Below the pieces are notes generated by a model, which saw nothing but the letters and a program-made list of their open reading frames with translations, was not told where the DNA came from and made no database searches. 64,000 nt of DNA from Entomortierella parvispora E1425. Taxonomy: Eukaryota; Fungi; Mortierellomycota. The translations under genes and the position numbers were made by a program. How positions within the stretch are numbered: position 1 is the stretch's first letter; every line of letters starts with the position of its first letter. The stretch is taken from contig BQFW01000007.1 in NCBI GenBank assembly GCA_020891255.1, forward strand, positions 1,922,001 to 1,986,000, given 5' to 3'. Positions 37,419-50,212 of this stretch are shown here, one piece after another.

Positions 37419-40400
37419 CTAAATGACTTTCCAGCCTAGGTCGTAGATCACGAATGGATATCGTTCATCCCGGGTACTGACCAACCGCATGAACCGGAAA
37501 CCCGAGGTTTCATGGACCACAAACTTGCACTGAGTCTTCCATCCGTAATCCTCGTAATACGACAGATCTGGCTTTTTGGGCCCTTCACTCGAGCGCTCGT
37601 AGACCCTGGCCAATTCCGATTCGTCAAAGATCTGGTTGTCCTTTTCCTGGTTCAAAAATGCATATTCCACATCGATAGGCACCTTGCCCTTGTAATTGCT
37701 GTTCCTGATTGCTTTGCAAGAGAGAGTGAGTGGGATAGTTTTCTAGAGTCAAGAAAAGAAAAGCATGCAAAAGTGTTAGACGGTATTGCGGAGGGAGGGG
37801 AAACATCGAAAAGAAAAGGTCCTCGTTTTTTTTTTTTCTTCCTTACGTAGACTGCGTCGCTTCCAGCCACCTCCAGACGGGCATTGTGGATCCATTGGTC
37901 GCCCATTTGATACAGCACTCTGAATTCGATTTTCCTGTCTACTTGCAACAACATGTCGATACCAATGTAGTCGCCCTTGGCAATCGGTTGCGTGCTCTTG
38001 TAGGCCGTGTCATCCAAGCCATCGACTGCTTTACTGAATGGATGACGGATATAAGGTGTTGGATCCATGTAATGGTAATGCAATTTCTCGCTCTCCTCAA
38101 TATCGATATAGGGCCGGTACTTGAACATGCTCACATCCGGGAACGGATGCTTGTTGGAGATGATCAAACAACGATCGTCCGCACAAGGTGAACGCACATC
38201 TCTTTCCAGATACGTTGGGTGCAATTCTTCCCGCTCAAAGGCTGGATCCTTTCTGGCAAGAGCGTCCCACAGTTTTTGCGCTGCTTTGTGCTATTCAGAA
38301 ATATCATTTGAATACGGGAGAAAGTCAGTCTCGGTCAGAGTTTCTGACACGGCTTCCGCTTGGACTCCTCAACCAAGTAATGGGACACAAAACCCTCTGG
38401 ACCTACCATGTAAAGTTTGTTTCTCGTCTTTCCTTCAGAGCCCTTACTGAAGGCCACTGCATCCTCTGCCGGGTCGACCAACTCGAGGAGGTAGTTTTCA
38501 AGTTGGTATGGTACTTGGTTCAAGTAGGTTGAAAAGTACATATCTCCATATGCAAACTCCAGAGGATCCATATCCGTGACAGAAGCTTGTTTCAAAAAGT
38601 TGACAACGCTCTCCCGAGTAGCCATGGCGCCCGTTCCTAGCCACGAAAAGCATGCGTGAATGTCCACCTCTACAATATAGTGTTAAAAAGGTACCATAAT
38701 TGAGAGTAAGTTTTGATTTGCTCAATTGCTTCAAAAAAAAAAAAAAAAAAAAGAGCAAAATAGACAACAAACAACTTACCTGCTTCAAAGAAGCACCATC
38801 GCCAATTGGTGAGGGCCCACACGTCCGAGTTGGTATCTGTGTGCAGGAACTGGGGAAACCGCAAAAAGTTGGCGTACATGGATCGAAGGTAAAAGATCTT
38901 CCAGTCGTCGTCCTGGAAGTAGCAGTAAGGTGCCGAGGCCATGGCACAGGCCATGTAGCGCGCCACAAAGAACATGTTGGAAGGCGAGTTGAAGACGCGG
39001 ACCTTTGGACAGGCGAACATCTACGAGTGGGACATACGACCAGCAGGATAGACGGGTGAGATGACAATTCTTTTTTTTTTTTTTTTTTCTGCTGGCCTGA
39101 ACCCCTGTCTTTCCTGCAGTCTCATCCCTGGATGCTCTCCTGTTTCTCCGCTCTCCGCACTAGCGTCGTTTTTACGTGGCCTTAAATGCTTCCGCTCACT
39201 GTCGTTGGTCCATGTTTGGGTGCCCCCTGTCCCTGAAGCTCAATGGCCCGTCCTCGTGGACAAGGTCCTTTTTTCTTTTTTTGTCGTCTTTTGTCGCGTC
39301 CGTGTCCTTTGTCCCCCAAAGAGCTATGCTTTTTTTTTTGAAAAAAAAACATGTTTCCCTGTAGCTTCCCTGTCCTGGACAAAGAAGAGGGGAGTGGGCC
39401 CGTCCTCAACTGTCTGTGTGACAATGGCCTTTCAACTCGTTGAAAACACACTGAAGAAGAAGAAAAAAAACTCTCCATGGGTCAAAGAGATGATGTGCCT
39501 TAGTTTACCTTTTCTTCAATGTGGACGTCCACTTTGTTGTTCCAGATCATAATCTCCTTGAACATGATGTGGGGGCAGAGATGCTCCACAATGTCCTTTA
39601 ATGAATCCAGTCTGGACCAATTCAGCAAGACCGCCGTCATCATGTTGGCACCCTCGGTAGGACGCAAGTCCAGATCCGTAATGTCGCCTCGATCGACCCA
39701 TGTTGGGGGTTGAATCGGCTGATTGGCAAAGTACCGATGGTCCTTTGATCCAAACGCCAGACGGAACACGGACGCAATGACAACATACACCAGCCAGAGC
39801 GCCAGGACCGCCACAGGAATGACGACTCTCAGCCGGATCCGCCGGGCCGTCGTAAATGAACCCAGCAAGGTCGAGGACGTGGTCGAGATGTTGTTGTGGC
39901 CTGTTGTAGTGCTGCTAAAGTAGGTCCGGAAGAAACGGCGAGCCCGGGCCGTGATGGACCGCGAAAACTGATCAAGATGATGACTGTGTTGATGCATGTT
40001 GATCTTGAGTGAAGGCATGGAGCGTGAACCCACAGCGGCCGAGACAGCGGCGGTGGCTGATCCAAGGAGACCCGATGAAGCTGATCCCGATGCTCCTAAT
40101 CCTCCTGTGATTCCTGTTGATGATGTCTGGGATAGAGATGAAGCCGCGGATATTGGGATGGAGCCGTGGTGATTACTGTTCTTGCTGTTGTTGACAATGT
40201 GAGCGGTGTTATTATTATTCTGATGGAATGAATGAGAGTGGGATCTTGCACGGGAGTGATGGGTTGTGTCGGAGGCAGAGGTGGAAGAAGTGGTGGTGGT
40301 GATGGAGGCGTGATGATGCTGGTTGGAGGATGCAAAGGAGGACGACGACGGCGTGATGGGAGGAGATGCAGCGGATTTGTTAGCGTGCTGATGCGAGTAG

Positions 40401-40447
40401 TGGTGATGGTGCGATGATGTGCCAGCGTTGGCCCGTTCCGGATCCAT
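37419..40447 (-). CDS. Uncharacterised type II membrane protein with GT-A-like glycosyltransferase domain (5 exons)
   Basis: His/Ser-rich N-terminus, one TM (RLRVVIPVAVLALWLVYVVIASVF), TAVLLNWSRL...EIMIWNN, CYFQDDD (DxD-like) and FSWLGTG. Spliced frame continues to FVIYDLGWKVI*. Confidence 0.62.
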
Positions 40448-40889
40448 CGTTGGTCAGAATATCAAGAGAGGAGAAAGACGGAAAGACGGAGAGAGAGAGA
40501 GGGAGAGACTATATGTTGATGGAGGACGGGAAGGAAGAAGCGTGAAAGAGGGAAGAACCAAAGGGAAAAGAACAAGAACCCAGAACCGGCCACGAGCAGG
40601 ACAAGGACACGATACCCAGATACTCAGGGCCATGGTGTGTCCAGCCAATTTGGACCCAGGAAAGGGCACAGGCAAAAATGGACGTTGATCGATCCATCCA
40701 ATCAAGGTCGGCCTTTGTGCGTCAGGGTCGCACGTTGGCACGTTCCAATTTTTTTTGTTCAATTGCTTTGTATTCACGCGAAAGGGATGCCGTCGTCAAC
40801 ACTCTCTTTTGCCTCTAAATGCTATGGTAAGTTATTATATATGCCTCTGGTATACTTGAGTCTTCTGTCCCCTATCGAGTGTCGAGTCT

Positions 40890-42696
40890 TTACACGCTCA
40901 AGGTCGAGTCGATCTCCTGCTTCTGCTGCTGGCCCTGTTGCAGGCTTTTCTCTGCCTGGATCCGGTTCAGCACCTCGTTCTGCTCCTCCATGTCTTGCTC
41001 ATACCGCGCCTGATCCTTCATCTTTTGCTTCTTGCCGCCCATGAACAAGAAAACCATTGGCAGCAACAGGACCGTCACCACTCCGATCAACACGCAAGTC
41101 CACAAGAAAGTCGTCTCCTGGTAAATCAACGTGCCCAACAATGGACCCGCGACCATACCCAAACTGAAGGTCATATTGAACAGTGCAAACGCTCTCGCGA
41201 ACCCATCGCCGTCACCTGTCACGCGGACCACAGCCGAGATCTCGCCCAACACAGGCGTGATATAGGTCGCGCAGGTGGCACCAATTCCGACCAAGAACAC
41301 AATCATGGCCCACAAAGGCACTCCAGGAATTCCGAGCACAATCACCAAAACAGCGCAGACCGCAATGGCAATGCCAGACATCCACTTGGCGCCGTGCTTG
41401 TCCGAGAACCAACCGGCAATCGGTGACACGAATGAAGGGATACTGATGGCCAAAAAGATGACACCGATCTGGGTCTTGGAGAGGTTGAACCGGTCAGCCA
41501 AGACCAACGGAAGCACTGGCTCCAAAGCTATGTTTTTACAACGAGATTCAAATCGGAAGTGAGTATCTGGCTCTCTTTTTTTTTTTTTGAATTCTTGGAA
41601 AGCTGCACCAAGTAAAACGAAATGAGCACGATAGTAGACAACATGGGACGTACCAGCGATAAGGAAGGCTTGAATGAAACTGACAACCAAGGCCGTGATC
41701 AAACGTTTGTTGGTCAGCAATCCACGCATCGTTGTCGTCTTGGCAGCTGCGGCTGGCTGCGTCGATGGGGACGCCGCAATCTCTGCCTTCAGGTTCTCGT
41801 CCGATGATCGTGGCTGCTCCATTTCCGCCATCTGGCTCTCCTGTTGCTTCTGGTAAGCTCGGATGGCCAAGATCTTGGCACTGCGAGGCTCAATAATGAG
41901 GAGACGCGCCGTGAGGTCGATGGCAATCAAGATGATACAAAACACATAGGGTGCTTTCTCTCCAACATGGTCCTGCAACAATCCGCCGAGAGGAGGGCCG
42001 ACCATCAATCCCAAGGTCTGTCCAATCATGACTTTGCCCATTTCAGCGCCGAGCTGGTTTGCTGGGTACGTATCTGAAAGCAAAGCAAAACCCAAAGTCA
42101 TCATCGTACCGCCTGCCAATCCAGCTGCAAAACGTGCCACCAACAGGAGCTAGTCCGCAGAAATGCAGAAAATGAACGGTTAGGAAGGGTCAATGGATCA
42201 ATGCTAAACAGAGACTCCTGAGGGCAATGACATGCAGGTACACAAAAGAAATGCATCTTACCCAAAAGTACTTCATTGCTTCCATGAAGCAAACGGTCGA
42301 GAGCAACAAACAGGCCAAACCGACGACCATGGGGACACGACGGTTGGCCATTTTATCAGAGATGATACCGGCGACAGGGGAGGAGACCAACAGACCAATG
42401 GCGTAGCAGGCAATCAAGGCACCGTTGGCCGTAGACTTGAGACCCAAGTCCTCGATAATGAACGGTGTGAGAGGCATGATGATACCATAACAGAGCAGAT
42501 CGACAAAAACGGCCAGACCGACGGTGAAGGACAAGAATGTTCGGGAACTTCTGAGTTGGGTGGACCGACTTGTGGGTGCAGCATCATCTTCTTCCGCAGC
42601 AGAGGCATTAGGTTCACTCAGGGTCGCACATCGGTCCATGTCAATGTCTGCATCGATAGGCTGCTTTTGATCATGGACGGGTGGCTGTATTGACAT
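40890..42696 (-). CDS. MFS transporter, SLC18/vesicular amine transporter-like (3 exons)
   Basis: AVFVDLLCYGIIMP, SPVAGIISDKMANRRVPM, ARFAAG, LLSDTYPANQLG, GPPLGG, LEPVLP, GWFSDKHG and FSLGMVAGPLLG; about 12 hydrophobic segments. Confidence 0.85.
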
Positions 42697-43846
42697 TGCC
42701 TCTCCTTTGGGCTAAGCAGTCATGGAGGAGGAAGATCACGATTTGAAAAAAAAAGAAAAAAAAATTAGTCGCGTGTGGATCGTTGCAACTCGTCCCTCCT
42801 GAAATATCGAATCGAAGACCCCAACACAGCCACAGCTTTCTATGTAATTGTCGTACGTTGTGAGAAGAGGTGGACATGGCGGCAAGATGAGAATCTAGGC
42901 GATCTCGAATCTGAATGAAGGAACCAATGGATGAATGTTTGGAATGAAAGAGATGAGATGAGAGCGACAGATGTGGAGTGGACAAACAAACAGCCGAAGA
43001 ATTCAAAAAACAAGCGTTGTATTTATCGTTTCTTTTCCTAGTCTCCTTTGACCTTCAGCGAAACAAACAATACCATACAAATCAACGACTACAGCAGGCC
43101 ACTTTTACTTCCTCTTCTGGGTTATTGCTGTGTAGTCTTGACGATGCTTATCCCCGGGTTGACTTTGTTCCTCCAAAGGCGCGCCGCTCCGCCCTCCTTG
43201 ACACTTTCTCCACCCCAACCCCCATTTCCAACTCTCCAATCGATGCAGAAGTCGCTGCGGTACTCCAACGGACCTTCAGCCTTCAGGACACCAACAACAC
43301 CTACAATCGCTCCGCGAAACATTGCAGCTTTCTTGAACCTCCCCCCCCTTTCTGTGAGCACACAGGTCCCTCATTTGCCCCCCTGAGACGCTGGCAAACT
43401 CCAACAAGGACAAAGTGTCCTTGCGGAGAAATTCTTTAAAAAGTTCCCTAGCGTTGCAAAGTGGAATTCTCAGAAGAAATCGTCACTTTTTTTGGTGTCG
43501 ATCACTGTCTCGATCGGCGGGTCAAGATCTGAGCTTCATTTGGGCGAAATCACCGCGCTTCCTCGTTTCGAGCCATTGGAGATTATTTAGACGCGTTTGC
43601 TGCACAATGGCTGTGGGACGACTGAGCTAAAGAAGTAGCTGCTGCTGCCAAGGCCGATACAGCACTTCTGTGAGAGTCTTTCGAGCTCGAGAAGTTTCGA
43701 TGCCAATTTCAGGGCGGGCGGAGCAAAGGGATTTGACTGAAACGAAGAATTAAGGGTATATTTACCTAAGGGTTAACTTTGGTCACGTGATTCATTCAAA
43801 CTCTGTCAATAAATAGGACAATAGAAACTTCGATGACATGAAGCAT

Positions 43847-43929
43847 CCGAAAATAGCTCAGTTGGTAGAGCGGGAGACTGTAGTTTGTCTGTCATCTCTA
43901 GGTCCCTGGTTCAAATCCGGGTTTTCGGA
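43847..43929 (+). tRNA. tRNA-Tyr(GTA) with 10-nt intron (43884..43893)
   Basis: Acceptor stem CCGAAAA/TTTTCGG with C1:G72 and discriminator A73; D-arm GCTC-AGTTGGTA-GAGC; anticodon stem GGAGA/TCTCT with CT-GTA-G|A; T-arm CCTGG-TTCAAAT-CCGGG; T5 Pol III terminator at 43934-43938. Confidence 0.95.
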
Positions 43930-44363
43930 TTACTTTTTGTCTTTTGCTGTCGCGACTCGCAGTTGTTTGATTTGACGCGTCCATGCAACTTCTTTTTTTT
44001 TTCTCCCTTTCTTCTCGCAAGGACTCAAAGTCCAAACGACCGAACACCGTGAGAAACACTTTAACCTCTTGAGAGAAAGCAGTTGACGTTCACCCACCAA
44101 ACAAACTCTTCCTTTAGTGCCTTGCATTTCATTTGTATAGCCGTAAAAGAGTCCATCGATTGAAAGCAATATTTTTTATAACAGCTCGTACTTCTGGGAT
44201 GGTTGGGATAGACGCAAAGAGATTTTTATTCAGTTATAAAAGGATAAATGACAACTGTGGGTAGGAAAGAGTATTCCAGAGGCAACAAGGGGGGGAAGCC
44301 TTTCCTTTTTTTTCATTCTCTATGCCTATCCGAGCAAAAGCTGACAAGATGTCTCTTTTTTCT

Positions 44364-44624
44364 CTAGCAATCAGCGGGCTTGTTGTGCTGGTCCCAGCAG
44401 CGAGTGGATCGGCCGCTGGAGCGGCAGTCCGAGGCAAATTCCTTGCATTGACCTTCGGTGGTAAGGCCGCAGGAACCGTTGTCGAAGTTTCCACCGGCGC
44501 GATGGCAGGGGTCCGCGGAGAGCTGGGCGGTTTGGCAAACGCACCAGATGGGGATGGTGGCCGAGACGGTCAACGAGACGACCGAGAGGAGGACAAAGGC
44601 AGCGGCGGCGCGGATGGCAATCAT
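44364..44624 (-). CDS. Small secreted cysteine-rich protein, 86 aa, 8 Cys, single exon
   Basis: Hydrophobic signal peptide MIAIRAAAAFVLLSVVSLTVSA; mature part has 8 Cys (WCVC...PC...GSCG...QC...DC...RCW...DC*). Good start context (caaaATG) and an upstream TATA. Confidence 0.8.
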   Translation of the reverse strand: MIAIRAAAAFVLLSVVSLTVSATIPIWCVCQTAQLSADPCHRAGGNFDNGSCGLTTEGQCKEFASDCRSSGRSTRCWDQHNKPADC

Positions 44625-44828
44625 TTTGCTTGTCTAGCAGATTAAAATGTAAGAAAAGAAAGAGTGCCTCCTCTTGATTAGTCCACTAGGAGCAGAGAGA
44701 ACAGAGAGTGCGGGTGAGTGGAAGTAGTGCTTACTGGGTGGAGGTGGGTTTGAGTGGTTGAGAGAGTGGGTTGGTTGAGAAGATGATGTTGCTTGATAAT
44801 GATATTTTTGCGTGGACGAGGTCAGTCC

Positions 44829-44835
44829 TTTTATA
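44829..44835 (-). promoter_or_regulatory. Candidate TATA box of the small secreted protein
   Basis: Minus strand reads GGTATAAAAGG ~205 nt upstream of the ATG, followed by a pyrimidine-rich leader. Confidence 0.5.
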
Positions 44836-45824
44836 CCTCTTGACCGAACAAAACGTTCGCTCTTGAGTGGGGTGGTTCTCTGTAAGTGATCCTTCAGGAT
44901 ATCCTATGAATTCTCACGCGCTCGCATCATTCACACCAACTCTCAACGCGAATACATTTCATGCACTAGATTTATCCAGGCCAACATTCTTGAGGAAGGT
45001 ACGTTATTGATAAGTGCTTCAATCCTACGTGAGTGGCTAGAGTCCATTTCCTTAACGATCGGCTGAGATGACGGGAAGAAGAAGAGGGCACAGTTCATCC
45101 GGATTCTCCCATCTTCAAGACGTTCTACCCCTGAGAGTGCATAGAAGAAGGGAAGGGGGGGATCGAGCGAGACATGGCCCCTGTTTCTTGGCTGCATGGT
45201 GTCTGTGCTGTGCATGATATCCGTTGAGCACAACGGACGAGTACAGAATAAATAAATAAAAAAAGACTGAGAGAGGCGGTTCGAGACACTCATGTTCTTG
45301 AACGGTGCGAATCCCTGTCTTGAACCAGAGCATGTGCTTTACCTTTCCAAACAGTAGCTGAGATCGAAACCCGCGCTTCGGGAGAACCGCAAAGGGATGA
45401 AAGCATCTCTCATGCATTAAATTCTTTTCTTTTTCTTTTTGTGGATTTGAAGCGTGCACAGCAGAGGGATAGGGCTTGGACACAACGGTTGTGGCCTGCA
45501 TCAGGGAGATAAAAAAGTATGCAGCACGCACCCTGCAGAACCAGGACGTTCCGCCGGCAGAACAGTATTCAATTGGCTGGCATCATTTGACGTCTTGTCG
45601 CGAGTACAATATCTGCACGGATGGAAAAATAATGAACTGAAGGAAAGGAACGCTCATACACGGGAGACGCACACGCGGGATCAGAGAGCGCAAGATTGCG
45701 GTCTAGAACCCTATGTGTCTACGGTGCCATGATTAACGTCCAACCGTGGGAAGTGAGTGCAATCAAGGTACTCGTATATGAGCACTCAATACATCTAAAA
45801 TGTACAATGGCAGATGTGCCCAGT

Positions 45825-48800
45825 TTATTGTCCTTGAACCATGGTGCTTTCGGATGTGTAAAAGATAGGCTCAAAATCTTGCTGTTCGGTGATGAGAATA
45901 TTGTCCATACTCTCTTTCGAACGTTTTGGGCTAGGCGGTTGGTCATCCTCTTCCCTGTCGTGCTTCTGTGATGTTGGGAAATCTACAATCAGGGGAGGGA
46001 GTGCAAGAGGGGGTTGGGGAGCGGATGGTGGAATTGGTGGGAGAGGAGTCATGTCAAACTGAGGAGTAAATGTCGACTTGTTCTCTAATGTTTCCCACTT
46101 GATAGGTCCTTTACCACCATCTCCATTTGAATCAATTCCTCGCATTGGACCCCCTCCAAAGCCGATTGATCTCCTAGGCGCCCCCATGGATAGTCTCCTA
46201 CTGCCAAGGTGTTGTTGCATCCGTGAAGTAGGCTGCATGGATGGTCCAGAGGTTGAGGTTGAGCTGTTTCCGCTTCCAGACTGTGGCGGACCTGGTTCAT
46301 TCAGCAGGCTGTTCTTGGTAATAGAGGGAGGCGAGTCGCTGGCACTCCTAACATGCCGAGACGGTCCGCTCTTGCCTAGGGGTTCCCATCTAATGGGTCC
46401 TTTGCTCCCTTCCCCAGCTGGATTAACTCCCCTCATAGGTCCTCCACCAAAACTGATGGAATTTATCCTGGCACCTGCTAGCTGCCCCTGTTGTTGCTTT
46501 GGTGAGGGTGCCGAGATAGCAGGACTTGGTCTAGGGACATCTGGAATAGCGAATGCGTTGCGCTGTTCGTCTTTCATAATCACATCTAGCGAAAAAGTGA
46601 CCCTGCGCTTTGTCGGGATGGTCACCCTTTGAGGATTCTTCAGTACGCCTCGTTTCTTCATCTTGGACGGGGAGAATATGATTCCGCTCGGCCTGGTTGT
46701 CTTTCTCGGCGAACCAGAAATTCTCTGCACCTCAGGCGATGCTGGCCAGGCGACACTGACGCCCGACTGTCTCTTTGGAGAGAGGGGTATTTTTCGGAGT
46801 ACAGGTATCCTGGGTTGCAAAGACAGTTTGCGGGCTGCTGCTTTCTCTGGATGGGGCGTTGTTCGCGATACATTGGGGGTGGCAGGGCTCGGTCTGTAAG
46901 CAGAAGTCTTTGAGCTGATCATTGGACTTGAGATCACAGGCTTTCCTTGTTCCTGTAATTGTTTTGTCAGGAGCTCTGTCCACTCGCCCAGATCGTTGAT
47001 AAGTCGATCGACGACGGTAACGTCGTTCAATGACGTCTCAGGTGACTTTAATTGGAGATCCAGCGACTTTGGAGGTTCTCCAAAAAGCTTTCTCCACCGA
47101 TGAAGCGCTTTCAGTTCTTCAGAGGCGATAAGCAGCTGGTCCTGAAGTTGTTCGTGCTTGGATTCGACAGGTTTCTTCCTTTGCATCGTATCTGATGCTT
47201 TCCGTGCAGCAATGTTGGGGTTCTGGGGAGCCATGGCATGGATGGTGGCAGTCTTGCCTTGTCCACGCAGTTTACTCTTGAGTTCTGCGACCTCCTGTCG
47301 AAGTTCATAAATGACCTGGACGTATTCGGAAACATGGCGATCAATGTTGAGCGTGTTCTTGGAGACCTTGGTTTTGATGTTTTTGGCGCGGTTGGCGTAC
47401 TTGAGGGTATTCTGAGTCTCTTCGTAGTGCTGACTTGAAGGGCTGACACAGGCGATCATGACCGTCTTGCAATTGCCTCCCAAGGAAAACTTGAGCAGGC
47501 GTGTCAGTTTGCTATCCCGGTAAGGGATGTGTGCCTTTGCCCTGTTCTCACAAAGTGCATTGATACAGTTGCCGAGTGACAGTAGCGACTTGTTGATGTT
47601 GGCACCTATTTTTCATTATGGAGACCGTCATGTCAGCGGAAAGTTCCTCCTGAAATAACAACAGTAAACATTATTTTCAGCCATCGATATCTCTTACCTT
47701 CTGTCAGTCGCCTTCCTTGATTCTTTGTAACTGACGCCCTTTCGCTTCCGGCCAAGTCGATCAAAGACAAGGTCGCCATAGTAAAGTCCTCTGATACATC
47801 AGCTGTTTTCGACCGCTGACAAACGTTGATTTGAAGGACGGCATGGGAGCGAGAAGATGCGGCATTCGCCTCTGTAGGAGAAACTGTTCTCTGTTCATTT
47901 CCTTTGAAGACCAGCTCCATGAGTTCATCAATCTATTAATGAAAAAGTTTTCCTGTCAGCAAACATGAAGGCGATCGATCTTTAAATAAAAGTCCATGAG
48001 CCATATTGCATACCCCTGCTGGGTGGTGTTCCGAGAGTCCTGAAATTATAATCTTCTTGGCAGAGTCCTCTCTCATATGCAAAGAGGTCGGTTTGGCTGT
48101 AGGGTCCGGCGTAACTAGCAGGTCTCGAATGGTTTCATTGTAAACCTCCAGGTATGACACTGATATCTCCACCGTTTTTTCGTCCTCTCGCTCCTTCATC
48201 CTCTCGTAGAGTTCTTGCATGGTCAAAAAGATAATTCCTGGTTTTTCTGGCGTTCCGCTGATTGTGTGCGTCTTTCCACAGCCCGTAGCTCCGTATGCGA
48301 ACAAGGTGCCGTTGTATCCATCTAGAACGCCATCGATTAAATGCCTTGTAGTACTTTCAAACACCTAGAGAGTAGAATGAAGTACAATTAGTTTTTTCCT
48401 TCTCCTTTATAACGAGCATGTCAGTCGTTGTCCTGCAGGAGGCATTCGACCTACCTCTTCCTGTTGTGCATCCTCGTTAAAAACTCTGTCAAAAGCAAAG
48501 CGCATGTCCTTAAATTTCCTGTATGCCTGGACAGGCAACAGAGACCGCTGGAACTTTGAAAGACTCTCTGGGTCTGGTGGATCAAAGATGAGGACACGAT
48601 CATCGAGTGCATCCACGACTTTCCGGATCTTTGTCGTGGTCCCTTTGTTAGTGTTCGAATCCTGTTCGGATGTAGAGAGAGAGGCGTCGGCCGAAAAGTT
48701 AAACTTGCTAGTAGGTGCAGGTGGCAGACGTGATTCTTCCTCAGCACTGAAGGGTCTGACTCGCACTATTCACAAACGAGTTGTTTTTTTTTGATTGTTT

Positions 48801-49028
48801 TTTGTTAGCAAACGCGACCTTTTTTTGTTCCTGGCGCGTGATTGAAAGGCTTGATTAAGAGACAGTGAAGGTTAGGAATGGGTTCGTACCAGCAACAAGA
48901 ATAGCGGATTCAGAAGGCCAGGGTGTTGTCTCGTGTTTCTTTGTCATCTTTGGCGAGTCAGAGTCTCCGACACGGAAGGGATTAGGGAGCTCAGTGCATG
49001 GGATGGGGGCAGCGAGGGCGGATGCCAT
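45825..49028 (-). CDS. Kinesin-8 (Kip3/Klp5/Klp6-like), 5 exons
   Basis: [80 protein letters not shown] and [30 protein letters not shown]. The N-terminal motor and neck are of kinesin-8 type. Confidence 0.92.
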
Positions 49029-49894
49029 TCTATGCAGGAGCCGTGATTAGTCGCAGCCAAAGGGACCGTCAGCTAGGCGAGTGGGTGTGAGTGGAGAGTG
49101 GGGAGGAGAGTATGTACAGTTCAGGCGAAGGCAGAAAGAAGGAGTGATGACAAGGGAGGAGAAGGAATGGCTGATGTTGTTGTGTGATTAATTGCCTCGT
49201 TGTGGTTTGCATGGGCACACATGCAGCAAAAAAAAGCGTGACTGTGGACCAAGATCAATTTTAGGTTGGTGTTTTTGTGCTGGACGGACGGACGCGTTCT
49301 CTTTCGTTTCTCTCTGCTTTCGTTCCGCACCCCCAGTTTCGATCTTGCGTGCTTGCAGATGACAAGAGGGATAGAGAGAGAGAATGAAGAGATGAGGACG
49401 TAGGAGAGAGAGCATGAATGAAAAAGGCCTTTCTCAGACGAACCCATCTATTGCTAATCCGAATAATGACGGTTGACTGGTTATCGATACGGAGAACGGA
49501 CGTCTTGAGTGGTGGGAAGAGAGAGAGACACCCTAGATGAGGTTCTCGTACTAGCCATCCCGGGAGCTGCAACACTTTCTCACTGACATGACAGAAAAGG
49601 TGGCCGCATTGTGGGCAAAGTGCTGCCAGGAAGCGCGAAACATCCACGTTCTCCCAAAGAGGAGATCCGTGTCCGTCGTCACAGCCCTCAGTTGTCGTCA
49701 TAGCTCGATGTGAGTGAGACACCGCGCAGAAGAGACTCGAAGGATTTTTCTTTCTTTGGGTCATGGTTCACTTGTTTAAAAAGCCCTTGTTTCTTTCTTT
49801 TACTCTTCACCCACACACACACCTCTACCTTGTTACATTATCTTACCCCACAACCCTTGTTCGCATTACGCTTTCTTATTAAACCCTCGCCACA

Positions 49895-50212
49895 ATGTCG
49901 TCCAACAACAAGACCGCAAGCAACGAATACGAATTCCATCCTCAAGTCAACAGAGTGCACGCGAACCATGGCTCTCACGGCCACAGCCCTCTTGGAACAT
50001 CCCCTTTAGCAACCACAACCAGCAGCAGCAGCACCGGAAGCACAGCCAAGTCCAATGTCAATGCTGGATCGGCTACCTGTCATTGTGGAAAGAACGAGTG
50101 GGACCTGCACCCTGGCTGCATCCGAGAGATTGAGAACCACGGATCGGCCAAGGACGTCAAGGATCTCCACGACCTGGAGCGCCATTGCCAACGGTCAGAA
50201 CACAAGCACTAG
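49895..50212 (+). CDS. Small (105 aa) His/Cys-rich protein of unknown function
   Basis: CT-rich leader, strong context (cacaATGt), biased codon use and AATAAA at ~50255. Not a shadow of a neighbouring CDS. No family recognised. Confidence 0.62.
   Translation: MSSNNKTASNEYEFHPQVNRVHANHGSHGHSPLGTSPLATTTSSSSTGSTAKSNVNAGSATCHCGKNEWDLHPGCIREIENHGSAKDVKDLHDLERHCQRSEHKH

Noticed and set aside
43122-43576. Possible small spliced minus-strand gene (MARNEEAR|ELFKEFLRK...) between the MFS gene and the tRNA
   Set aside because: Weak donor, no recognisable motif and no consistent downstream frame; needs RNA-seq.
43782-43790. GTCACGTGA (Cbf1/E-box-like) upstream of the tRNA
   Set aside because: A single short site with no AT-rich centromere-like context; expected by chance.
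43847-43929. tRNA body resembles animal tRNA-Phe, suggesting an anticodon switch or suppressor
   Set aside because: C1:G72, A73, GTA anticodon and a canonical intron are all normal eukaryotic Tyr features, and Tyr and Phe tRNA cores are generally similar.
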